Below are positions 30,146-38,277 of a stretch of DNA of 64,000 nt, in pieces. The translations under genes were made by a program, and so were the position numbers. This stretch comes from Candidatus Altimarinota bacterium (GTDB taxonomy: Bacteria > Patescibacteriota > Gracilibacteria > CAIRYL01), in the NCBI GenBank assembly GCA_965250085.1, contig OZ252287.1, positions 32,001 through 96,000 on the forward strand. Direction: 5' to 3'. The stretch's first letter is position 1; each line of letters begins with the position of its first letter. The notes beneath the pieces were generated by a model that was not told where the DNA came from, did not search any database, and was given only the letters and a program-made list of their open reading frames with translations.

Positions 30146-31480
30146 CTATGTATAATTTTTGAGCCAACTGCGAATCACATGCTTAGATGTGCCAAGAGAT
30201 TCGAGAATGCTGTCAGGAACAGGATTACGGAAGCGGTACACCCCTACTCCTGAATAGAGATCATTTCCGAATCGACCAAGTGTTGCTAACTTTGACTGTG
30301 TAATATTTAGTTTGTGCTCACCCAAGAGAGAAGTAATTTCACCTTCCGCACCTCGTTTATTTTTATGGATCACAAAGAGATCATGGAGTTCTCCAGCCGA
30401 AAACGCGTCAACTCCCGGCAGTTTAATAGTGGGAGACACATTCACCCCATTTGTGACTTCTAATCTTTCAAAAAAATTTCGAATTACTTCCACAGCATCC
30501 AAAGCAACTCTTTCTTGTGACTCAGGAGTGTTTCCTCCAAGATGTGAAGTGAGGTGCAATTTGTCTTCTGGAATTCCTTGCAAAGGACTCTGGAAGTTTT
30601 GTCCTTCATGGACAAAGACATCAACAGCAGATCTCCCTATTCGATTTTCCTCTAGGGCTTTTGCGAGTGATCCTTCATCGACAACGCCTCCACGACCCGC
30701 ATGAAGAAATACTCCATTTTTTTTCATCCATCGAAACTGATCTTCTCCCACCATATTTTCGGTAACATCCTTTATAAGGGGCATATGGACGCTTATCGCA
30801 TCGGATTCTCGAAAAAGAGTCTCCATATCAACTTTTTCGACCTCAGGGATATCAGCTTTTGGATGAGGATCACTAAAAATAACGCTCAACCCCATTAATT
30901 TCATCATTTGGGCGACTTCTGTTCCAATTCTTCCTCCACCCAGAACGCCAAATACTTTCTCAGAAATCTCACGTCGTACTCCTTGCTTAAGCCATTCTCC
31001 CTGAGATTCTTTTCTATTGGAAGTTGTGTGTGGACGCATTCTTCTGGAAATATCTTGAGTATTTTCAAATGCCCAAAGCAAGGAGTACAAAACCCATTGC
31101 TTTACAGCAGGGATATTTGCAAAAGGTGTGTTAGCAACAACTATTCCACGCTCTGCAGTAAGCTCCGAATCTATATTATCAGTTCCAACTCCTCCTCGTA
31201 TAACAAGAGAACCACCCAGAGCTTCGATGGCCTCAACGCCAGCTTCGTCATTCTTTAAATTGGTACCCGATCTGAGAACAGTAGCATCTGCCCATGCCAA
31301 AAGTTCTAAGAGTCTCGCTCTGTCAGGTGCATCATCTTTCGTAAATCTTTTTACATTTCCATTTTCCACCCCTAATTCATGCAATCTTTGCTCTCCGGCA
31401 TGATGCACGCCGTCAAGAAACAAAACCTTTAGATCACGAACACTTTTATCACTTAGATCAACAGGAGGGGCAGCTTTCAT
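30146..31480 (-). CDS. serA: D-3-phosphoglycerate dehydrogenase-like with C-terminal ACT domain
   Basis: RGGVGTDNID, GVLGGGRIG, GRGGVVDE, DVF..E, SHLGG; C-terminal HKNKRG...LGEHKLNI ACT pattern. Confidence 0.8.
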   Translation of the reverse strand: MKAAPPVDLSDKSVRDLKVLFLDGVHHAGEQRLHELGVENGNVKRFTKDDAPDRARLLELLAWADATVLRSGTNLKNDEAGVEAIEALGGSLVIRGGVGTDNIDSELTAERGIVVANTPFANIPAVKQWVLYSLLWAFENTQDISRRMRPHTTSNRKESQGEWLKQGVRREISEKVFGVLGGGRIGTEVAQMMKLMGLSVIFSDPHPKADIPEVEKVDMETLFRESDAISVHMPLIKDVTENMVGEDQFRWMKKNGVFLHAGRGGVVDEGSLAKALEENRIGRSAVDVFVHEGQNFQSPLQGIPEDKLHLTSHLGGNTPESQERVALDAVEVIRNFFERLEVTNGVNVSPTIKLPGVDAFSAGELHDLFVIHKNKRGAEGEITSLLGEHKLNITQSKLATLGRFGNDLYSGVGVYRFRNPVPDSILESLGTSKHVIRSWLKNYT

Positions 31481-31624
31481 AATGAGAAGTTTTTAATAGG
31501 ATTCCTTTATAATCATTTTTTATACCTTTGTCAAGTACAGTATTTCCCTCAAGAAGTGACCTTATAAAAACAAAAAGAGAGTTTTTGACTCCTCATAAAA
31601 AATACTTCCGTCTAGTGATTTTTT

Positions 31625-32665
31625 TTATTTGTCAAAAAATTGCTCTATATCTTTTGGAGATGCTTTCTTTTTAAGTGATTTTTTCTTTTTTGCAATATCA
31701 CCAGAGAGTTTTTTGAGTTTTTTTCGTGTATACCAAAACACTTTTGGCTCACAAAAGAAGGTAAAAAAATAGGTACAAAGTTGATACCACCATGTTTTGA
31801 GTTTTGTTTTGAAGGAAAATTGAGAAGAAAAGTTTTTCTGAAGGAGTATTTGATGGTCTAGAAATGACCATTTTTTTACGACCAGTGACTTGTTTTTTCG
31901 ATTTGTAATAATACCAGTACTTGCTTTTTCTACAGTGCGATCATGATAGGCGATTGCCTTGGGGGTATACAGACATTTCCACCCAGCCCATCTCAAACGA
32001 TAGGCGAGATCGATATCTTCTTTGTACAGAAACATCAGCTGGTCAAAATATTCGGTCAGATGGGAATCCCGTAGGGGCTCAAAATTTTGAGCCCCTACAA
32101 ATGCAATGTCATCCAATGCTTCCTTGCGATACATTACTGCGGCTCCGGAAGCTCCAAATATTTCTCGCTGGGCATCATATTGTCCTGTGTCTTCTTGTCC
32201 TTGCCCTTCGTCTTCAAACCGGTGTGATGTATATGCTTTGAGTCCCACGGTATCAATGATATGCGTCTTTCCGTCAGTACCTTTTTCCGCATTCCACTGG
32301 TACAGCTTTCCGGTAACTGATCCAATGCGATTGTCACTCTGCATGACTGTCACCAGTTCAGAGACAAAATTTGGCTCCGCAAACATATCCTGATTAAAAC
32401 AGAGATAGTACTGCCCTTTCATTTCTCTGATAATCCTATTATGCCCTCCACCAAAACCAAGATTTTTTTCACTTCGATGGACGATAATATCATCGTTCCA
32501 TCTTTTCTGAATATACTCTGCATTGTTTTCTGGAGAAGCATTATCAAGTACTCGTACTTCAATATTTGAATACTCTTGTTGGAGAAGAGAAGAAAACAAA
32601 GCGTCAAAGTACTTTTTGCCATTGTAGGCAAGAATGCCGATGGTGACCATTGGAGTATCAGTCAA
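31625..32665 (-). CDS. Glycosyltransferase family 2 with in-frame REP insertion
   Basis: LDNAS, NLGFGGGHN, NQD, GASGAA, YKEDIDLAYR. Confidence 0.9.
   Translation of the reverse strand: MTDTPMVTIGILAYNGKKYFDALFSSLLQQEYSNIEVRVLDNASPENNAEYIQKRWNDDIIVHRSEKNLGFGGGHNRIIREMKGQYYLCFNQDMFAEPNFVSELVTVMQSDNRIGSVTGKLYQWNAEKGTDGKTHIIDTVGLKAYTSHRFEDEGQGQEDTGQYDAQREIFGASGAAVMYRKEALDDIAFVGAQNFEPLRDSHLTEYFDQLMFLYKEDIDLAYRLRWAGWKCLYTPKAIAYHDRTVEKASTGIITNRKNKSLVVKKWSFLDHQILLQKNFSSQFSFKTKLKTWWYQLCTYFFTFFCEPKVFWYTRKKLKKLSGDIAKKKKSLKKKASPKDIEQFFDK
32071..32098. repeat. Perfect 28-bp GTAG-type REP palindrome inside CDS
   Basis: gtaggggctcaaaa|ttttgagcccctac. Confidence 0.9.
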
Positions 32666-32675
32666 AGCATGTGTG

Positions 32676-33401
32676 CTACGATTTCCCTGTTTTCAGCTCC
32701 CGAACTTTTTGATTTGCCTGAAAAAGACTCTCAAATGTTCCAGCATCAATCCACTGTTTTTGGAGCTTTTGTGCGACGAGTTTTTTTTCTTCAAGATACT
32801 TCTTGTTTACATCAGTAATTTCATATTCTCCACGAGCAGAAGGTTTTAAATTTTGAATCTTTTCGAAAACGGTGTTGTCATAGAAATACATGCCGGTTTG
32901 AGCCCAGTTTGACTTTGGATTTTGAGGTTTTTCTTCCAGAGAAAGCACCGTATCTCCTTCCAGTTCCACAACACCTAATCTCTCAGGATCTGAGACTTCG
33001 GTGACAAAAATTTGAGCACCTTCTGTAAAATTTTGAGAAACACTTTTATCAAATTTCTCAAAATAAATATTGTCTCCCAGAATGAGAGCTACATTATCTC
33101 CATTTACAAAATTTTCCGCGATAGAAAGCCCCTGAGCAATTCCAGCAGGTTTTTCTTGAAGAACGTACTCAAACTGAACTCCAAATTCTTTTCCCGCTTG
33201 CAAAAGATCCAAAAAATCCTCCATATGATCGGGTCCACAAACAATCAAAATATTTGTAATCCCTATACTTTTTAGTGTACGAATAGGAAAATAAATCAGT
33301 GGTTCATCATATATTGGTAACAGATGCTTTGAAGTCACTTTTGTGAGTGGACTGAGTCTTGTAGCGCTTCCGCCGGCAAGGATAATTCCTTTTTGGATCA
33401 T
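32676..33401 (-). CDS. rfbA: Glucose-1-phosphate thymidylyltransferase (short form)
   Basis: KGIILAGGSATRL, SKHLLPIYD, LILGDN, EKP, PSARGEYEITD, WIDAGT; probable start ATG 33401. Confidence 0.92.
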   Translation of the reverse strand: MIQKGIILAGGSATRLSPLTKVTSKHLLPIYDEPLIYFPIRTLKSIGITNILIVCGPDHMEDFLDLLQAGKEFGVQFEYVLQEKPAGIAQGLSIAENFVNGDNVALILGDNIYFEKFDKSVSQNFTEGAQIFVTEVSDPERLGVVELEGDTVLSLEEKPQNPKSNWAQTGMYFYDNTVFEKIQNLKPSARGEYEITDVNKKYLEEKKLVAQKLQKQWIDAGTFESLFQANQKVRELKTGKS

Positions 33402-33554
33402 ATACAATCGCTATCATTCCAGAGCTGGAATCTATCTACAGTTATTCTAATTCATTATAGAGGTCCATCCAACTAGGATTCTTTTCTTCAATTCAGTTGG
33501 GTTTCTATTTTTCTTCTCCGGCAGGTAAGTTTTGGGTCGCAATGAGAAGAATTA

Positions 33555-33583
33555 TTGACAAAAATATATTTTATTTGTATAAT
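33555..33583 (+). promoter_or_regulatory. Perfect-consensus sigma70 promoter
   Basis: TTGACA-N17-TATAAT, 25 nt upstream of ATG 33609. Confidence 0.85.
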
Positions 33584-33608
33584 AATCAACCTCCCTTTGC
33601 AATAATTT

Positions 33609-35045
33609 ATGACAGAAAAGATACCTCACAATACTGTATCACCTCTGGAAGCAGACGAGTTTTTAAAAAAACATGATCTTCATAGAGATTTTTCTCGCCT
33701 CAGGCGGGTTGTCCGTTCAAAGTATTTAGCACTTTTGGCTATCGCCTTAATAGAAACAGGAGCTTGCTCTGACAGAAAAGTTGAAGCAATACAACAGAAT
33801 GTTGCTTCTGAAACGTTGGTTGCTTCGGAAGAAGTGAATGACAACTCTTCTCTGTGGCGAGAATATCCGGATGCAGGACCAGAGAGAGATGCATACATCA
33901 TTGCCCAAATAAAGCAGGGGAATTTTGAGAATATTGAAGATCTCACGATTCTTGACGTATCGACAGCAGAGTTACTTGCTGCTTCTGGAGAAAAGATCCT
34001 TCGCCTTAATAGAGTTAAAAGCCCTGAAGTAGCGCCAATAAAAGCACTGGTTGCTTTTAAAGGAGATTACATTTTTCTTGAGGGCATTGAAAAACCTGAA
34101 GCGGCGCTAATAAAAGAAATGACTGCTTTTCAGGGAAAATGGATTTATCTTAACCCCAAAAACCTTGATACAGCGGCAGTGAAAGCATACGTTGCCCTTC
34201 GGAACGCTATAGTTACCGATGACCGGATCGATTGGATAGAAGCGATGCTAAACAATAGTCTTCACTTGGAGTTTGAAAAAGGCTTTGATTTTGATGTAGA
34301 AAAAGCAGAAGCAGCAGGTGCTTTTCAGGGAGAGAACCTTTCCCTTGGTTTTACAAGCATTGATGCAGCAACAGCAAAAGAGTTGGCCGCTTTTCAGGGA
34401 GAGAACCTTTCCCTTGGTTTTACAAGCATTGATGCAGCAACAGCAAAAGAGTTGGCCGCTTTTCAGGGAAGTTACTTTTCCCTTAATGGTCTTACAAGTA
34501 TTGATGCAGCAACAGCGAAAGAACTAGCTGCTTTTGGAGGTGATTCTCTTTTGCTTAACGGTCTTACAAGTATTAGAGCGGACATAGCCGAAGAATCAGC
34601 TGTTTTTCAGGAAAGTCACTTTTTCCTTGATGGTCTTGAAAGCATTGATGCAGCAACAGCAAAAGAGTTGGCCGCTTTTCAGGGAGAGAACCTTTCCCTT
34701 GGTTTTACAAGCATTGATGCAGCAATAGCGAAAGAATTAGCTACTTGTAGAGGAGATCCCCTTTTCTTTGCGGAAGCAGCAATAGCGAAAGAACTAGCTG
34801 CTTTTGGAGGTGATTACCTTTCCCTTGGTCTTACAAGCATTGGTGCAGCAATAGCGAAAGAACTAGCTGCTTTTGGAGGTGATTCTCTTTTGCTTAATGA
34901 TCTTATAAGTATTAAAGCGGACGTAGCGGAAAAGTTGGCTGCTTTTAAAGGAAGTCACCTTTCCCTTAGTAGCCTCGATGAGAAAAGCAAAGCAAAACTA
35001 AGGTACGAACAAAGAAAAATAAAAAAAAATAAGAATCATTCCTAA
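33609..35045 (+). CDS. LRR-like tandem-repeat protein with possible lipobox
   Basis: 23-24-aa repeats DAATAKELAAFQGENLSLGFTSI; LALLAIALIETGAC near the N-terminus. Confidence 0.75.
   Translation: MTEKIPHNTVSPLEADEFLKKHDLHRDFSRLRRVVRSKYLALLAIALIETGACSDRKVEAIQQNVASETLVASEEVNDNSSLWREYPDAGPERDAYIIAQIKQGNFENIEDLTILDVSTAELLAASGEKILRLNRVKSPEVAPIKALVAFKGDYIFLEGIEKPEAALIKEMTAFQGKWIYLNPKNLDTAAVKAYVALRNAIVTDDRIDWIEAMLNNSLHLEFEKGFDFDVEKAEAAGAFQGENLSLGFTSIDAATAKELAAFQGENLSLGFTSIDAATAKELAAFQGSYFSLNGLTSIDAATAKELAAFGGDSLLLNGLTSIRADIAEESAVFQESHFFLDGLESIDAATAKELAAFQGENLSLGFTSIDAAIAKELATCRGDPLFFAEAAIAKELAAFGGDYLSLGLTSIGAAIAKELAAFGGDSLLLNDLISIKADVAEKLAAFKGSHLSLSSLDEKSKAKLRYEQRKIKKNKNHS
34320..34970 (+). repeat. 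Coding tandem repeats of 69/72 bp
   Basis: gcttttcagggagagaacctttcccttggttttacaagcattgatgcagcaacagcaaaagagttggcc repeated exactly at 34320 and 34389, with variants downstream. Confidence 0.9.
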
Positions 35046-35154
35046 AAACTACTTTTATCGCAACAAAGTTGTTGTAGTGATTGTTTCTTTATTTATCCAA
35101 GCTGTAATTTCCCAATCTTATTCGTGAAGAGCTAGAACAAGCTTCGCAACGACA

Positions 35155-35997
35155 TTAATTTTTTAGAAATTCTTGCAGCATATCCTGCCAGCTTGGGAGC
35201 TGAGGCAGTTTTGTATTTAGAAGCACTGATGAAAGAGGGCGCTCAGCCGCTTGTTCAAATTTATTTGAAGGAACAGGATTCATGGTGATGCTTTGCCCAG
35301 TTATTCGAAAAATTTGATCTGCAAAATCATGCCATGATGGAGGAATGTCTCCTACTTCAGAAACAGCGTGATATATTCCTGGAGCCTGTGGTGTATGTAT
35401 GAAATCAGCAATGACCTTTGCTACATATTTACTCCAGGTAGGATTACCAAACTGATCATTCACTATCTTCAATGCTTCCCTTTTTTTTGCCAGTTGCAGT
35501 ACACGGATAACAAAATTGGGACCATAGGGTCCATAGAGCCAGGCAGTGCGAATGATATATGTTTTTTCCCATGCACTCAGTGCAGCATCTTCTCCATCAC
35601 TTTTGGTTTTTCCATAAAAATTAATGGGATGTTTTACATCATCTTCCAAAAATTTTGCCTCTTTGCTCTGCCCACTGAAGACAAAGTCTGTAGAGACGTG
35701 AAAAAAGGGAATATCAAGCTTCTTACATCCTCTTGCCATTGCCCTAGGGGCATCAATATTTATCTTCTGTATCGATTCTTGAAATTTTGAATTTTCTGCT
35801 TTATCTACTGCAGTCCATGCGGCGGCATTGATCACTGCATGAGGAGTATATTTTTCTATCTCTGGAATAATGAAGCTTGTGTGTTCCAGATCCAGATGCC
35901 CTTGGTCCAGTGGAATGATTTCGAATGTGTCTTCATAGTCATATACAAACTGCATTCCCAGCATTCCCTGTGCACCAAAGAGGAGGATTTTTTTCAT
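35155..35997 (-). CDS. rfbD: dTDP-4-dehydrorhamnose reductase
   Basis: Start MKKILLFGAQGMLG at 35997; NAAAWTAVDKAE, STDFVF, YGKTK, RTAWLYG, DQFGNPT. Confidence 0.93.
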   Translation of the reverse strand: MKKILLFGAQGMLGMQFVYDYEDTFEIIPLDQGHLDLEHTSFIIPEIEKYTPHAVINAAAWTAVDKAENSKFQESIQKINIDAPRAMARGCKKLDIPFFHVSTDFVFSGQSKEAKFLEDDVKHPINFYGKTKSDGEDAALSAWEKTYIIRTAWLYGPYGPNFVIRVLQLAKKREALKIVNDQFGNPTWSKYVAKVIADFIHTPQAPGIYHAVSEVGDIPPSWHDFADQIFRITGQSITMNPVPSNKFEQAAERPLSSVLLNTKLPQLPSWQDMLQEFLKN

Positions 35998-36845
35998 TCT
36001 CTTGATTCGAAAAACGTTTTGATAATAACAGTGGAGAGAATGATCATACCACCCAAAAAGACCCGAGAAGGAGGAATTTCCTGGAGAAGGAAGACAGCAA
36101 ATAGGATTCCATAAATCGGTTGTACACTTGCCAGGATTCCAACGGTTCCTGCCTTGAGTTCTTTCAAACTTTTGACATAACAAGTGTGAGCGATAGCAGT
36201 GGTAAAGATCACCATAAACAGCAGATACCAGATATTATTTCCAGAAATGTCGAGTGGGGCAGACCATGGCAACAGGACGAGAGCAACCACCACAATCTGG
36301 TACCACATGACGGTGCTGCTGGGATACTGGCGCACATATTTTCTGCTGAGCACATTTCTGAGCGCAAAACAGAGCGCGGAAAGCAGCCCAAACAGAGCTC
36401 CTTGAGTCATATTATTCCCCAAATCAAACTCCGGAACGATCAAAATAATACCGACAAGTGCCGCACAAGCTGCAATGACATCTGAGACATGTACTTTTTC
36501 CTTCAAAAATACTGCTTCCAGAAATACGCTCATAAGTGGATAGGTAAAAAGCGAAATCCATCCCACGGCAACGGTAGAGATTTGCACGGCGTGAAATACG
36601 GTGACCCAGTGTGCGCAGAGCAATGCTCCGATCGCAAACATCATCACGTAGTCTTGTTTTTTGTTGAGGAGCAGTTTTTGCTTTTTTATCGCAAAATATC
36701 CCAAAAGGAGTATCGCTGCAAAGACCGATCGCCAGAACATAATCAGAAATGCTGGCATAGTGATGAGCTTTACCAGTATGGGGTTACAAGCAAAGAGGAG
36801 GCTAGCGGTATTGAGTTCGACAAGAGCTCTGGTTTTTGGTTTCAT
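35994..36845 (-). CDS. DMT/EamA family transporter
   Basis: About 10 TM helices in two EamA repeats; probable start ATG 36845; ATGA overlap with rfbD. Confidence 0.88.
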   Translation of the reverse strand: MKPKTRALVELNTASLLFACNPILVKLITMPAFLIMFWRSVFAAILLLGYFAIKKQKLLLNKKQDYVMMFAIGALLCAHWVTVFHAVQISTVAVGWISLFTYPLMSVFLEAVFLKEKVHVSDVIAACAALVGIILIVPEFDLGNNMTQGALFGLLSALCFALRNVLSRKYVRQYPSSTVMWYQIVVVALVLLPWSAPLDISGNNIWYLLFMVIFTTAIAHTCYVKSLKELKAGTVGILASVQPIYGILFAVFLLQEIPPSRVFLGGMIILSTVIIKTFFESRE

Positions 36846-36923
36846 ATAGTCATTATGGCATGGTCTATTAAATATTGACAAAATTTGTTTATTTTGTAAA
36901 AATAAATTTCTATATTTAACAAT

Positions 36924-38234
36924 ATGCAAGCGGTTCCGGAAGCATCTCGTGGCATAGATCATACTCAGCATCCGTACACAGATGAATTTTTGCCATATGC
37001 AAGAAAATATGGATGCAAGATTGGTGGATTAAAATTTATTCAGGAACGTATTCCTGAATTGGCACATCATGTATTACCCATGGATGTGTTACAACCTCAT
37101 GAAGAATGGGGAGAGAGAAAACCGTCTCCTCATCCCCATGCAAAGGGGCATATTATTCGCGCATCACATTTTAATGATGGATTTGGACTCGTGGATGTAC
37201 TTCCAACTTATACGACCGAATATGATGAAGATGAGAAAGAAGGGGCGATTTCTGAGAAAATTGCTAGGACTGTAGAATTCACACAAGTCAAATGTGCGGC
37301 TCAGAAGATAACAGCCTATGCAGAATATGAAAATCCAGAATATGACGGAGAAGTAGTAATAGGAATACAACCATTTATGCCTCATTATGTGGCATCGCGA
37401 CTCTCCATTGTGGAGCATCCTAATCAACCAGATGTGTTTATAGCCTCTGAAAGACAAAGTAGGATGATGATAGAAACTGCAGAGTACGATGCAAATGGAG
37501 ATCGCATAAGACGATTAGGATCAGATGATATTGAGTTACTAAGCTCTCTCAAACAAGAGCTCAAAGCTTTCGATTTGCTGAGGAGTAGAATGTTTCAAGG
37601 TGATATAGCAATTGAGGTAGAGCAATTGCGCTCTCAAGATTCTTTTAGGGATTATTTAGAAGATTTTTACATTGCTCAAGTGCGAGCATTTGCTCGAAAA
37701 CAAGTTGCAAATTTTTGTCTTCTGCCCCAAGAAAACAACAGAAAGTTTCCTCTTGTTTTTGGAGTGACTCCCCCAGAGGGAATCGTGACCCCAGTATATT
37801 GTTCAGAAAGCGTATCAGAGTGTATTCCGGAAAATATGCCAAGAGATTGGGCATTGATACGTTTAAATCATAGGGATCCGTCAAAATTTTGTTTTCAGCC
37901 TCAAGGAATACAGGCATATATAGTGGACAGATCCTTTGGAAGTGGTAATAGGATAACCATTGAACATAACCACACTGAGTTTATCCAAAAAAGTGGCATC
38001 ACTATATTTGACAATAAGGGATACACAATGAGACCCTTTTATATGAGAGAAAGCATATCTGGTGACGTTCTTGAAAGGGGACTTACCGGGAAAAAAATGA
38101 GAATTATTTGCGATGGAAGAGACGCTGTTGTCGAACTTTTCGAGGAACCACGGAAGAAAGAATTTGGTGACGTGATAATAGAAAAATTTCTCAGATGGTT
38201 AAAACAATGGAGGAGAAAAGTGACTCAAAAATAG
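36924..38234 (+). CDS. Hypothetical protein with possible degenerate PEP/pyruvate-binding (PPDK-N ATP-grasp) domain
   Basis: G.KIGGL, IIRASHFND, VIGIQPF, FYIAQVR resemble GGK..L, VRSS..ED, .VQ, ILQAR motifs. Confidence 0.5.
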   Translation: MQAVPEASRGIDHTQHPYTDEFLPYARKYGCKIGGLKFIQERIPELAHHVLPMDVLQPHEEWGERKPSPHPHAKGHIIRASHFNDGFGLVDVLPTYTTEYDEDEKEGAISEKIARTVEFTQVKCAAQKITAYAEYENPEYDGEVVIGIQPFMPHYVASRLSIVEHPNQPDVFIASERQSRMMIETAEYDANGDRIRRLGSDDIELLSSLKQELKAFDLLRSRMFQGDIAIEVEQLRSQDSFRDYLEDFYIAQVRAFARKQVANFCLLPQENNRKFPLVFGVTPPEGIVTPVYCSESVSECIPENMPRDWALIRLNHRDPSKFCFQPQGIQAYIVDRSFGSGNRITIEHNHTEFIQKSGITIFDNKGYTMRPFYMRESISGDVLERGLTGKKMRIICDGRDAVVELFEEPRKKEFGDVIIEKFLRWLKQWRRKVTQK

Positions 38235-38277
38235 TTTTCTGACACAATAGGAGAGTTCATAGTAAAAAGTTCATACG

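Noticed and set aside
34320-34970. CRISPR array (also considered for the FG-GAP repeats at ~6500-7500)
   Set aside because: The repeats are in-frame coding units without unique spacers, and there are no cas genes.
35121-35154. Possible additional palindromic element (ttcgtgaag...cttcgcaacgaca)
   Set aside because: Single degenerate copy in the window, so a family cannot be supported; it may just be a terminator between convergent genes.
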